This document shows positions 1-12,184 of a DNA stretch of 64,000 bases, in pieces. Below the pieces are notes generated by a model that ran no database searches, was not told where the DNA came from, and saw only the letters and a program-made list of their open reading frames with translations. The stretch lies in NCBI RefSeq assembly GCF_026571515.1, contig NW_026863859.1, positions 248,001-312,000 on the forward strand, in the 5' to 3' direction. This stretch comes from Ruditapes philippinarum. Lineage: Eukaryota. Both the position numbers and the translations under genes were made by a program. The stretch's first letter is position 1. Each line of letters starts with the position of its first letter.

Positions 1-129
1 TTCAAGTATTTCTGCTTTAATTTTCCTGTAACTTGGTATCATAAGATGATAATTTCATATGTATATGAAAATATATGTGTGTTGCCTATAATAATATATG
101 TGATCGTGTTATTTTTATGCTAAATAAAG

Positions 130-815
130 ATTATATTATGTTATAGTTATGTTAATGTTATGTTATTGTTATGTTGTGTCATGTAATGTTGTGTTATAAT
201 TATTATGTTATGTTATGTTGTGTTATGTTATGTTGTGTTGTGTTGTGTTATGTTAATGATATAATTATAATGTAATGTTAATGTTCTCTTGTGTTATGTT
301 ATGTTAATGCTATGTTATGTTATGTGTTAATTTTATAATTATAATGTTATGCTATGTTAATATTATGTTGTGTTATGTTATGTTAATGCTATGTTATTTT
401 ATGTTGTGTTATGTTAATGTTATAATTATCATGTTATGTTAATGTTATGTTGTGTTATGTAATGTTGTCTTATGTTAATATTATAATTGCTATGCCATAG
501 CTATGCTATGCTATGCTATGCTATGCTATGCTATGCTATGCTATGCTATGCTATGCCATAGCTATGCCNNNNNNNNNNNNNNNNNNNNNNNNNNNNNNNN
601 NNNNNNNNNNNNNNNNNNNNNNNNNNNNNNNNNNNNNNNNNNNNNNNNNNNNNNNNNNNNNNNNNNNNNNNNNNNNNNNNNNNNNNNNNNNNNNNNNNNN
701 NNNNNNNNNNNNNNNNNNNTATGCTTTGCTTTGCTATACTATGCTATGCTATGATGTAATTTTATGTTATTTCATGTTAATGCTATGTTATGTTATGTTA
801 TGTTTGGTTATGTTA
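130..815. repeat. Pentanucleotide microsatellite (ATGTT)n/(ATGCT)n, interrupted by an assembly gap (N 569-719)
   Basis: Direct reading of ttatg/ctatg repeats; the ORFs at 503, 513 and 790 are artefacts of it. Confidence 0.95.
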
Positions 816-861
816 TAATACACTATACGCTGTATTATTTCCCCCTCACCATACATTAAGT

Positions 862-1220
862 CAAAGGCCTACTAAGTCTTACAATGCAATAAGTTTTAGT
901 TTACAAAAGCTCTTTATTTTTAGTTTTCTATTAAATGTTCCAAAATGTCACTTATTCATCATAAAACTACGCCGCCTTTTACTTTTTTGTGTTTTGGCAA
1001 TTCGTACAATTATAATAATTCAGTATTTTGTATGGAAGTTCAAACACAAGTCTTTTATCATTTTTGCTATTTTATGACAAATCATTTTTACATTCAGCGC
1101 TAATTTCGATAGCTGGTATGCATTTCACATGTAATTTCACATGTAATTTCACATGTTATTGATTGCAACAACACTATTTCTACTGAAAGGAATAAATATT
1201 CATTTCATGTGGCTTAATGT
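862..1220. mobile_element. Degenerate copy of the TTAA-flanked (Kolobok-like) MITE family
   Basis: Shares internal blocks (agtattttgtatggaagt, cattcagcgcta) with the intact copies at 31181 and 32851; ends decayed. Confidence 0.6.
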
Positions 1221-1234
1221 GCATTTATTTTTTG

Positions 1235-1500
1235 TGTCGGTTTGACGTTGCACCAACGCTGTATAGACCATAATTATGGCAACCTTCCAGCTTTATTGGT
1301 CGAGGAAGGCCTCAGGGTGTCCCTCCGTGCATTACTGCATGCACGAACGAGCACCAGAGTAGAAGCATCGACGTTCCGTTGGCTAGCTGGATAGCTTCCT
1401 CACATGAAAGAATCTAAAGTCCCTGCAGGATTTGAACCCACAGCGGTGAGGGGGAAGTGGTTTGAAGTCAACGACCTTAACCCCTCGGCCACGGACGCCC
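1235..1500 (-). mobile_element. tRNA-derived SINE, family 1
   Basis: Minus strand begins GGCGTCCGTGGCCGAGGGGTTAAGG (A box) with GGGTTCAAATCC (B box); body closely matches 26630-26868. Confidence 0.8.
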
Positions 1501-1761
1501 TATTGCTTCGTTAGAAAGGCCAAACATGAGTTTGATAATGTTGAAATAATGGTTTTAGAGAATGTTAGATTTTACCTGAACGAAAAAGCGATTGGTGTGA
1601 AATAATTTGTCACAAAGTAGAATTTTCACTTCAAAACAAAATACTAACAGAACAGAACAGAAAAAAAGTATTTTTTTTGGATACCTTGAAAGTACACAAA
1701 TATTATATGCTTCTGACAAACAAAAATATAAAAACATTTTTGAGGCATAATTGGCCTTTAA
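1501..1761. mobile_element. Kolobok-like MITE copy lacking its left end next to the SINE
   Basis: Matches the 21805 copy onward (ttgcttc..tagaaagg.caaacatgagttt); ends gaggcataattggcctttaa. Confidence 0.65.
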
Positions 1762-2280
1762 GAAACGCAAATAAAACATTGTTTTACACAAATTGATTGC
1801 TATGTATTTAGATTTCGTTCCGATTTACGTAAATGTCTGTAACGTGTATGAATAAGGCGATTGTTCGCGTTTTAAAAATAGGTTCACAGCATTATGTTCG
1901 GACGGTGGCTATATCTGAACTAGCGCGTGATGTATCGGAAAGTAAAATCGTGTCGTGTGGGTTTAATATTTTGGGACTTAATCAAAATGTTATCTTATGT
2001 TCAAGGTAACATAAAAATGATTTGTGTTACCATACTTAACGTACTTACGTAACATGATGGCTAGATTTATGTCATACTGACGTTGTATAAAATCACGTGG
2101 CGTTTTTCCAAGCAGACGTCATAATAATATCTGATCTATTTTTAGCATAAGCTGGACAAAATTAAAACCATGCCATTCCGTAACGGTACCGGATTGTTTC
2201 CTTGCATTACATCATTCAAAAGCATTAGAAGGATTTGAGTTTTAATTCAGTTGTGAAATGATTAAATAATATCAGGTTAC

Positions 2281-2476
2281 CTTCTAGACCACGCTGCAAA
2301 TGACCGTCGGATTCGAAATACCATGTACATTCCCTAAAGGCAAAGCACCTTGCCATTAAACCTTGGTGAATAATTGGCGATTCTATCCAGTAAGGTGTCG
2401 TAACTGATATTATTATAGCTAAGTTTGTCATAACTGTGAGAATAAGCCCGAAAATTTCACCACACGAGACCTTCAT
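2281..2476 (-). CDS. Claudin/PMP22/EMP-like tetraspan protein, first coding exon A (TM1 + extracellular loop 1)
   Basis: MKVSCGEIFGLILTVMTNLAIIISVTTPYW...GLMARC...C.W: N-terminal TM helix then the W-x-GLW/M-x2-C-x-C claudin signature; 196 nt ending at phase-1 donor G|GTAAC. Confidence 0.8.
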
Positions 2477-2977
2477 GGTTCAAACCTTTTGGACACTTGT
2501 ATAACCGAACCTGACACACTATTTTCACCAGTATAGCCGTGCTAAAATCCGACTCACTAAGCAAACGCGTTCTGAGACATAGTCTAAGCAGCTATAATCT
2601 AATCAATACGGCTTTTAGCTTTAACTAATTTTATCTATACATTAAATTAATATCCAAAATACAACATAAAGATATCAACTTATATATAAACAGTTTATTC
2701 ACAATGAATATAAACTCCTCAAGTATTCTACATATCCACTTGTAAGGAATACGGGAGACGAGAATCAATTTTCAATACGCAAAGTTTCCATGCAGTCTAG
2801 GGATCAATAATTGGTTTTGATGGAGTACATTGGAACAGCTAGTCACACACACTCTCACTAAAAGATTTATCATTACAGTAAAAGATCAGACTGTTTTTAT
2901 TGATATCATATATTCAAAGAGAATGAAAGCATGAATCTGGATTGTCCTCCATACAACAATGAAACAATTACTAAATT

Positions 2978-4027
2978 AGCAGGGACCGGTCATTACATAA
3001 CCAGTGAGCAGTCATTACATTAGCAGGGACCAGTCATTGTATAAGCAGGGGCCAGTCAATGAAATAGCAGGGACCAGTCATTGTATAAGCAGGGGCCAGT
3101 CAATGAAATAGCAGGGACCTGTCATTGTAATAGCAGGGACCAGTCATTGTATTAACAGGAAGCAGTCATTGTATTAACAGGGATAAGTCATTGTATGAGC
3201 AGGGACCAGTCATTATATTAACAGGGACAAGTCATTATATTAGCAGGGACCAGTCATTATATTAGCAAGGACCAGTCATTTTATTAGCAGGTACCAGTAA
3301 TTGTATTAGCAGGAACCAATCATTGTATTAACAGGGACCAGTAATTGTATTAGCAGATACCAGTCATTGTATTAGCAGGAACCAGTCATTGTATTAACAG
3401 GGACCAGTCATTGTATTAGCAGGAACCAGTCATTGTATTAAAACGTACAAGTCATTGTATTAGCAGGGAGCAGTCTTTGTATAAGCAGGAACCAGTCATT
3501 ATATTAACAGGAACCAGTCATTGTATTAGCAGGGACCAGACATTGTATTAGCAGGAACCAGTCATTGTATTTTCAGGGTCCAGTCATTCTATTAGCAGGT
3601 ACAAGTAATTGTATTAGCAGGAACCAGTAATTGTATTAGCAGGAACCAGCCATTGTATTACAGGAACCAGTAATTGTATTAGCAGGTACCAGCATTGTAT
3701 TAGCAGGGACCAGTCATTGCATTTGCAGGGACCAGTCATTATATTAACAGGAACCAGTCATTGTATTACCAGGGACCAGTCATTGTATTAGCAGGGGCCA
3801 GTCATTATATTAAGCGGAACCATTCATTGTATTAGCAGGTACCAGTCATTGTATTAACAGGAACCAGTCATTGTATTAGCAGGGACCAGTAATTGTTTTA
3901 GCAAGGACCAGTCATTATATTATCAGGAACCAGTCATTATACTAGCAGGGACCAGTCATTATATTAGCAAGGACCAGTCATTGTATTAGCAGGGACCGGT
4001 CATTATATTAACAGGGACTAGTCATTG
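2978..4027. repeat. 22-bp minisatellite (CATTGTATTAGCAGGGACCAGT)n, about 47 copies
   Basis: Period 22 read directly (e.g. 3241 to 3263). Confidence 0.95.
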
Positions 4028-4352
4028 AAATAATCACGTGCATGTACTGCAAATATATTAATTTATAAAACTATCAAACTATTAAACTAATGAAACGAAT
4101 GTTATGTTTGTTAAAGGAAGCAATAATCAGGACACATGTTTAATATTATTAGCATTATATAATAATATAATAACAAGCAATACATCAAATAAAAATTCTC
4201 TTTTTTTCGGAAATGACAAAGTTGAGGTAAAAGGACACCTTGCATTTTAAAATGGCAAAAATTCAAATGTTAAGGTTTCTGTATCTGAAATGTACGGAAT
4301 TCCATAAACGACAGCATACCCTTTACATGCAACTGCTTTAAAGTGCCTACTT

Positions 4353-4674
4353 TTATAGGCCCATTATGCCCAAGAAACGCTGTTATTTTTATTTCGCAAA
4401 AGCTTCTTATTTTGGTCATTATTATAGTTTCCAAAACGTTATTAATTTGCCAATTACCTAAACCACCTTTTGCTTCTGTTGCCTTTTGGCAATTAGTACA
4501 GTTATAGTTATTTAAATATTTTGTATGGAAGTCAAAATACTACTTTGTTAACATTCCGCTACTTTAATGCTAAATAATTTCAAATTCAGTGCTACTTTCT
4601 TCAGGTGAAAAGAATCTAACATGCTCTGAAACGATTATTTATCTTTTCGTTTCTGAGGCATAATGAGCCTTTAA
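4353..4674. mobile_element. Kolobok-like MITE
   Basis: TIRs aggcccattatgcc ... ggcataatgagcct followed by TTAA. Confidence 0.75.
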
Positions 4675-5309
4675 CTGCTAAATGTCATCTAAAAAGTTTA
4701 AAGTTAACGATCTATGCGGTTTTATAATAAAATACTCTAATGTTCCCACTTATATGCAGTTTCTCATTAAAAATAAATATGACTGTTATAATTGCCAAAA
4801 AGCAACAGACGCAAAAGAAGTTTCAAGTTATTGACCAATGAATAACCTTTGAAACAATATTAAGACACATATAATAATAGGATAATAGGCTTTTGAGAAA
4901 AAAAAATTTTGGGGGCCTTTAAAAATACATTAAAGTGTATGCAGCTTTAAATATATTTGCATCATTAATGATATCTGCTATATGTACATAAACCGCGAGA
5001 AAAATTTACGTTTGAATTCTGGAAAAGAATAATTCCAAAATATTTGTATGAAAGAAGTATATTTATATATTTCTGATTTTCCTCATAGCGAGAGGCACAT
5101 GCACGAACTCTTAACTTAATTCTAAGGACCTACTTAAAACAGAATGATAAAACTTTGTTTCGAACATTTTATCCTGAATGTGTCCAATATTTATGGGTGT
5201 TAAAATTACAGAGACATTCTATGTCAACATTCTTTTGAGAATCGACCAAACAAGAAAAATTTTATTATTTATGAATGTTATGAAAATATTTGATTTGATT
5301 TGATTTTCT

Positions 5310-5637
5310 TTAGACCGGGCTGTCAAGGATAGCCTACGAAAGTGCAAGCACTTATTTCCAGTATATAGGGTCAACACCTTAGCAGACACTAGAGATAGCT
5401 ATGAGATACAAGGGAATCCGGGAACCAGTCCCTAGCTCTTATTGAATAGATCCCTTGGTTCCTTTACATGCCCAGTGTTTAGCACTGAAACATGCGAGGA
5501 TTACCTGGGTTTCGTACCAGTATACCTCTAGGTAGGTTGGCAGCACTGATAAGTGTTTCTGAAAAATCCCAAGTGTGCTACCCAGGATCGAACCCGGAAC
5601 GAGTGACAGTCAGTGGTCTAACCAACTGAGCTATCAT
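5310..5637 (-). mobile_element. tRNA-derived SINE (different body)
   Basis: Minus strand ATAGCTCAGTTGGTTAGA (A box) and GGTTCGATCC (B box), followed by non-tRNA body; left boundary approximate. Confidence 0.6.
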
Positions 5638-6933
5638 AAAAAGTAGTTTTTATACACATTAACCTACTTTTTAAAGGGACTCCACTGAAGTTATATTATT
5701 TCACATATAGGGGATGGATGGAAATATTTTTTGAGATTTGCGTATCATTTGATGGAGGTCTAAATCACTAACTTATGTGCAAAATTTCATATCATTTTCT
5801 CACTCCCGTTTTCCCAGAATAATAATTTTTAGACAAAATTGAGGCATGCAGCTTTAAAAGTGATCATTTTGCACATTTTAAGCATAGTTTATTTAACATA
5901 AACTGTTTGATTGAAGTGTTGTTTTTTTACTATTTACGGATATCAAGTTTCTTGTCATAAAGAAATACTGAAACACTCCTACACTCCTTATGATTGACAT
6001 TTATTTATATATAAATATATATCTATATAAATCAGTTAAGGTACATCATCCGTCCGTTAATATGTATTGAAAAAAAAATCCGCTATTTAGTCACTGTTCG
6101 TATTTTTGAATACTTTTAAACACACAAAATAGTGTAGAAGTGAAATTATATATTGCCATGCTGAACTTTGACCCTGAATTATGAATATCTATGATAACAT
6201 TTTTATGGAATGTTTTGCCCACATTTCCAGTTTTTTTCCTTCATATTGATATTTCAGCCTACAAAACATTTTGAAAACTCACATAGTCATACATATATGA
6301 ATATTGTTCGTTTAGCTACACTTATTAACCGGTAAAATAGTAAAAGGAAAAAAGGAGAAAATAGTTATTTTTCAATCAAACGCTTTCAAACTTGTTTTAA
6401 GACACGGAAAAATCATTCTTTTTTTCAATTTATACTATCAACAATGGCAAAGATGCCTTAAACAAAGTTACGTCAATTTGCTTATAAAAACGTGCAAATT
6501 ACACAAGGAATAAGGAAATTTTGAAGAAGAACTTTAAAATGTTGAACTTTTAAATTCTATTTTCGAATTTCTCTTCCTCTAGTTTTATTCACAGCTGCAT
6601 GTTTTAAGGAATAACGGCTTACGCCTACGTTTTTTTCACTACTAATGCAGGATGTTAAAGCACTAATATGTGTAAAACATGTACATTTTTTCCCTCGCAT
6701 TTCATCATCAAGATGATACGAAAAGATAAGATAACTCGCGACCACCTGTGGGAAACAAACGCATTACACGTGTTTACACTTCTTAATCAATCACAGCAGG
6801 CAAACTATCCCCTAGGATATGTATATAATTAAAAATGCGTTATCTTCGGACAAAGGATGTGTACATAGCCAGTTGGTTATATTTTCGGACATCCTTAAAA
6901 ATCACTTATGATTAAGGATAAATAAATCTCTTA

Positions 6934-7220
6934 TACAGTGAAACCTGTAAACACTTAACCAATATGAAGAAAAAACGAGTTGATATATTTTTCAACATGG
7001 ACCACTTGTCGAATAAGCATGGCCTCGATGTTATTAAACATTTTTTGAGAATTGTCTCAAATCTAAGGAATTTCATTGGTCAGTGTTGCTTCTGTGTGAG
7101 TTTTTAACAAAACAAATACTTAGAACCTGAGTCTGAGCTTAGATAATTTCTTTTTAACCTTTGACCTATCAGATTTTCCCAGGCTTATTGGACCGGTCAT
7201 TTTCTACAGGGTTGACTGTA
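6934..7220. mobile_element. Degenerate TA-flanked MITE with CAGT...ACTG ends (Tc1/mariner/pogo-like)
   Basis: tacagtgaaacctgta at the left versus tacagggttgactgta at the right form imperfect inverted termini. Confidence 0.45.
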
Positions 7221-7844
7221 TGTCTTTTTTTAAAGCAGGATTGGCACTACAAAACGTTACTCGCTGCACGAATAAGACTTTACTACAGTTACACCTATTA
7301 TAAACTGTTACAAAACTGAATTATGAGTTACACAAATATTTATGATAATGTCGAGGCAATAATTCCGGTTGTTTTCTTTATATATACATTGTTTATGACC
7401 TAATAAAGAGCATCAGATTTCTGGCAGAACACAAATTCACGTCTTGCCTGACCACCTGTTTATACAGACCGTTATTTGTTTACTTTTCAAACCCCAAATT
7501 GATTTTGTTGTGAGCGGTTTAATACTTCTTTCATTGATGTCAAACCATTAAAATCACCTTTCAAAACTTCTCTCGGTNNNNNNNNNNNNNNNNNNNNNNN
7601 NNNNNNNNNNNNNNNNNNNNNNNNNNNNNNNNNNNNNNNNNNNNNNNNNNNNNNNNNNNNNNNNNNNNNNNNNNNNNNNNNNNNNNNNNNNNNNNNNNNN
7701 NNNNNNNNNNNNNNNNNNNNNNNNNNNNNNNNNNNNNNNNNNNNNNNNNNNNNNNNNNNNNNNNNNNNNNNNNNNNNNAGTAATTATTATAATAAAACAA
7801 TACACATGTATTTGAGTAAGTATTAAAATGTCATGTAAATATAC

Positions 7845-8043
7845 CTTGCCGCTGACTTAGGAGCTCGAACTCGTTTTCAAACACCCAGGTACATTGTCCC
7901 CCTATACAGTCCGCCCAAAGACCAAAGTTGTCCAAACCCCGAACTTGTAATATCCAGTACGGAGTGGCGAACGCTATAATAATAGCCAGGTTGGTATTAA
8001 CCAACATTGTTATTCCAAAGATTTGGGCACAGCTAGCCTCCAT
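7845..8043 (-). CDS. Claudin/PMP22-like first coding exon B
   Basis: MEASCAQIFGITMLVNTNLAIIIAFATPYW...GLWADCIGGQCTW; 199 nt ending at phase-1 donor G|GTATAT. Confidence 0.85.
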
Positions 8044-8550
8044 ATTTATCTTTTTTAACTTACAAATTTATTCCCACAAAAAGCACTATTGTTTATAAAT
8101 AACAAACGTTACCAATCTAGTTTCTACAGTGATGCTGAGGGTGATCACGCGTTACGTAATAAAACGCTACGGTTCAACTGATAACCTTTATTAAGTGTGT
8201 ATGTACATGTCATAGTAACGGTTTTAAGTTTCCTTAACATTTGAATCGTTAAAAATAAGCTCATAAATTCCCCATCTCTAGATCGTGTATAAATGGCCGT
8301 ACGATTCTAGCAGAAATTTGTCGTTTAACTTCAACAAAGAACTATGTGTATACACTTAATTGACACGTTTAGTTGATAACACTTTAAATAAAGGACGAAA
8401 ATATTTTTTTCCATTTCACTTGTATGTAACCACGGAGTGGAATAGATCTGTGATGTAACTCAGCTTCTACATGTATAATACACATTCCTCATTGTTTACA
8501 TATAGTGGTCACGTGATCCCACTTCATCAAACGCGCGCGTTCTTTGAATT
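8044..8550 (-). promoter_or_regulatory. Putative 5'UTR/promoter of exon B, conserved with the region upstream of exon C (12185-12640)
   Basis: High non-coding identity between the copies, including cacgcgttacgtaataaaacgctacggttcaactg, tcacgtga and aaacgcgcgcgttctttg; function is inferred. Confidence 0.5.
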
Positions 8551-8719
8551 AAACTCTGACCGTAGTTGCGTTGTAATGAGTGAAAAAATGACACGTGCAT
8601 TTTCGTTTTGTCTGTAATGTAATACCGTGAAAACACTGTTTTGAATAAGTTTAAAGATGAATTCATGTGTTATACTTATAAATAAATAGAAACTGTATAT
8701 GATGTTACTACGATAACTT

Positions 8720-9051
8720 TTAAAGGCTCAATATGGGTTTCATTTTCATGTCTCAAAAGATTATATTTCCGTTGTCCCATAATAGCTTCCAAAATGTTAC
8801 ATACGGGCCTGCTCCGTAAATCACGCTCTTTTGACAGTCTATTATAGCGATTTCGTAAGGAAGTCAAAATACTAATTTGTTTATATTTTGCTACTTTTAG
8901 GACTAATGATTTCACATTTAGCACAAATATTTTGTTCAGGAAATAAGCATCTTAGATGCTATTAAACCATTGTTTTTCATTATGAAATACATGTTTGCCC
9001 TTTCTAAAGAATGAAAATTTTATTCTTATCTGAGGCATAATGTGCCTTTAA
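8720..9051. mobile_element. Kolobok-like MITE
   Basis: TTAA-AGGCTCAATATG ... GGCATAATGTGCCT-TTAA. Confidence 0.75.
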
Positions 9052-9804
9052 AGTTTACCAACCCACATCTTATTTATGGGCGCTTACTAAATGGTACAGA
9101 TACCTTTCAAAGGAACTTATATCTGCTACAGTTTTATAAAATATGCATAAACCGTGAACCTGGTTACGCCCGTGTGATTATTACGCAACGGACTACTTCA
9201 CCCTTTCATTTGTCACGTGATCCCTTTTAAGGAAACCAGTTTGAACCTCTTTGTATGCGGCTCTTCAAATGAGCCCATTAGGATTTTCTGCCGAGAAGGC
9301 TTCTCTCTCAATTCATTTTATTAATATGGTTCCGAAATTCGAACTGCTGGGACGCCTGGGGTGGCATCAGTGGTAACATACATACAGTTTCTGAGCCTCT
9401 TAACATGTCACTGAAGTGTCTTGAAGTAGACCCTCAGGGACGGCATATCCGGTTTAACTCTCGGAATGTAACTTCTGTTAAAACCTATGACTGATTATGT
9501 CTGTATTGTTTTTAAGTTTTGAGTACATTAACTCAACATGTTCAATATCTTAGAAAACATATTTTACACAGTTTCTTACAAAATGTGCAAGGTTTTGAAG
9601 ACACATGGCAAATATAAAATATGATGAAATTAAAATAAAAAGAATAAAATCAGGAAATGATAACTATAAACCCTCTTCCCTGTGTAGATGTATGCCGCGT
9701 TTATTTCAAAGTAAGATAACTCCTGTTGAATCAGCATATGTTATTACAAGATTTATCCCCCGTTTGCCTTGTCGTTTATATAATTAAGGCTAATGACTAT
9801 CTAA

Positions 9805-10135
9805 ATTGGAGCATTACTAATTGGTAACTCTGCTTCTGTTATTATTAATCAAACATTTACAAAGAGCATTACCGATTTGTAACAGCATTGCTGTTATCTT
9901 TGATAAGAACTATACAAAGAAAATCTCCGATTTGTAACTCTGCTTTTGTTATCTTCAATCAAAAATTTACAAAGATCATTACTAATTTGTAACTTTGCTG
10001 CTGTTGTCTTTAGTCAAAATAAACAAAGAGCATTACCGATTTGTAACAAGGCTGCTGCTATCTTCAATCAAGAATATATAAAGAGCATGGCATTACTAAT
10101 TTGTAACGCCAATTCAAAATATACAAAGAGCATAA
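9805..10135. repeat. Degenerate ~54-56-bp tandem repeat related to the 46-bp satellite
   Basis: Recurrent aaagagcattaccgatttgtaac...gctgttatctt at ~9861, 9917, 9971, 10025, 10080. Confidence 0.8.
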
Positions 10136-10179
10136 TCAATATACAGACAAACCAGTAACATTTAATTCCATTTAGCAGT

Positions 10180-11280
10180 ATGATTACAGCTCAAATATAA
10201 TGATAGATTCAAACAAATCTGTATCACTAATTTCTATAACAGCTCAACTTAAATTTAAGATAAGTTGAATCTGTAACACTAATAACAGCTCAATTATAAT
10301 CAAGATACAGTTGAACCTGTTACAATATATTCCATAACAGCTCAACTACAATCAAGATATAGACTAACTTATAACACTAATTTACACAAGAGCTCAACTA
10401 TAAACAAGATATAGTCAAACTTACAACACGAATTTCCATTATAGCTCAACTTTAAACAAGATATAGTCAAACTTACAACACGAATTTCCATTATAGCTCA
10501 ACTTTAAACAAGATATAGGCAAACTTATAACACTAATTTACATTATATCTCAACTTTAAACAAGATATAGGCAAACTTATAACACGAATTTCCATTATAG
10601 CTCAACTTTAAACAAGATATAGGCAAACTTATAACACTAATTTACATTATAGCTCAACTTTAAACAAGATATAGACAAACTTACAACACGAATTTCCATT
10701 ATAGCTCAACTTTAAACAAGATATAGGCAAACTTATAACACTAATTTACATTATAGCTCAACTTTAAACAAGATATAGGCAAACTTATAACACGAATTTC
10801 CATTATAGCTCAACTATAAACAAGATATAGGCACACTTATAACACTAATTTACATTATAGCTCAACTTTAAACAAGATATAGACAAACTTATAACACGAA
10901 TTTCCATTATAGCTCAACTTTAAACAAGATATAGGCAAACTTATAACACTAATTTACATAAGAGCTCAACTATTAACAAGATAATATAAACCTGTAACAC
11001 TTATTGCCATAACAGCTCAACTATAATCAAGATACAGTCGAACCTATGTCACTAATTTCCATAACAGTTCAACGATAATCAAGATACAGACGAACCTGTA
11101 ACACTAAATTCCATAACAGCTCGACGTTAATCAAGATACAGTCGAACCTGTAGCACTTAATTCCATGACAGCTCAAATATAAAGCTAAATCCAAATACAG
11201 ACAAACATGTAACACTTATTTACATAACAACTCAACTATAATCAAGATACAGACGAATCTGTAACACTAATTTCCGTATG
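10180..11280. repeat. 52-bp minisatellite, about 21 copies, with a homogeneous dimeric core
   Basis: ATAGCTCAACTTTAAACAAGATATAGGCAAACTTATAACAC(G/T)AATTT(C/A)CATT; period 52 (10441 to 10493). Confidence 0.95.
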
Positions 11281-11605
11281 ACGACAAGCAATGTTTTAAA
11301 AGACGAACAAGGCGTTTTTCTTCAGAATATTTATTTGCTAATAGAGACCAATAATTCATTGTCAAGTAAATTCTTATTTAAATACCCAGATTTGATCGGT
11401 CATTTATTACAGAGTTGACTGTGTGTTTTATATTTAGACAGCTCATATGTATAACACTGAAGACTGAATTTTAAATTAAACATAAAGTTGATGTAATTTA
11501 TTTTACTTATTTGTCTTTTTTTAACAAACCGTATTTATGTTTTCTAGATTAAGACCTAACAATTACACGTCTTGACAGACCACCTGTTCACACAGACCAT
11601 TATTT

Positions 11606-11840
11606 GAGCCACGTCACGACAAAACCAACATAGTGCGTTTGCGACCAGCATGGATCCAGACCAGCCTGCGCATCCGCGAAGTCTGATCAGGATCCATGCT
11701 GTTCGCTTACAAACTCTATAACATGTAGAGAAACTAATAGCGAACAGCATGGATCCTGATCAGACTGCGCGGATGCGCAGGCTGGTCTGGATCCATGCTG
11801 GTCGCAAACGCACTATGTTGGTTTTGTCGTGATGCGGCTC
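11606..11840. mobile_element. 235-bp hairpin MITE with GAG...CTC termini and ATTT duplication (Sola-like, tentative)
   Basis: ~100-bp TIRs (GAGCC.CGTCACGACAAAACCAACATAGTGCGTTTGCGACCAGCATGGATCC); ATTT on both sides; further copies at 35568 and 55435. Confidence 0.9.
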
Positions 11841-11985
11841 ATTTATTTCATTTTTCAAAACAAAAAGAACTGGTGTAGCAATACCCGCTCCTCACCTGTA
11901 TCCCAATTGTGTAAAATTATAATAAGTACTTAATAAAACAATACACATGCATTTGAATAAGTATAAACATGTCATGCAAATATAC

Positions 11986-12184
11986 CTAGCCGCTGGCTTT
12001 GGAGCTCGAACTCGTTATCAAACACCCAGGTACATTTTTCCCCTAGACATTCCGCCCAGAGACCGAGGTTTCCGTATCCCAGAGCATGTACTATCCAGTA
12101 TGGAGTTGCGAACGATATAATGATAGCCAGGTTGGTGTTTACCAACATTATAAGTCCAAGGATTTGGGCACAACTAGCCTCCAT
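11986..12184 (-). CDS. Claudin/PMP22-like first coding exon C
   Basis: MEASCAQILGLIMLVNTNLAIIISFATPYW...GLWAECLGEKCTW; 199 nt ending at phase-1 donor G|GTATAT; close paralogue of exon B. Confidence 0.85.

Noticed and set aside
9230-9480. GC-richer stretch considered as a missing claudin downstream exon
   Set aside because: By eye the minus-strand reading gives no hydrophobic TM-like segment or claudin motif
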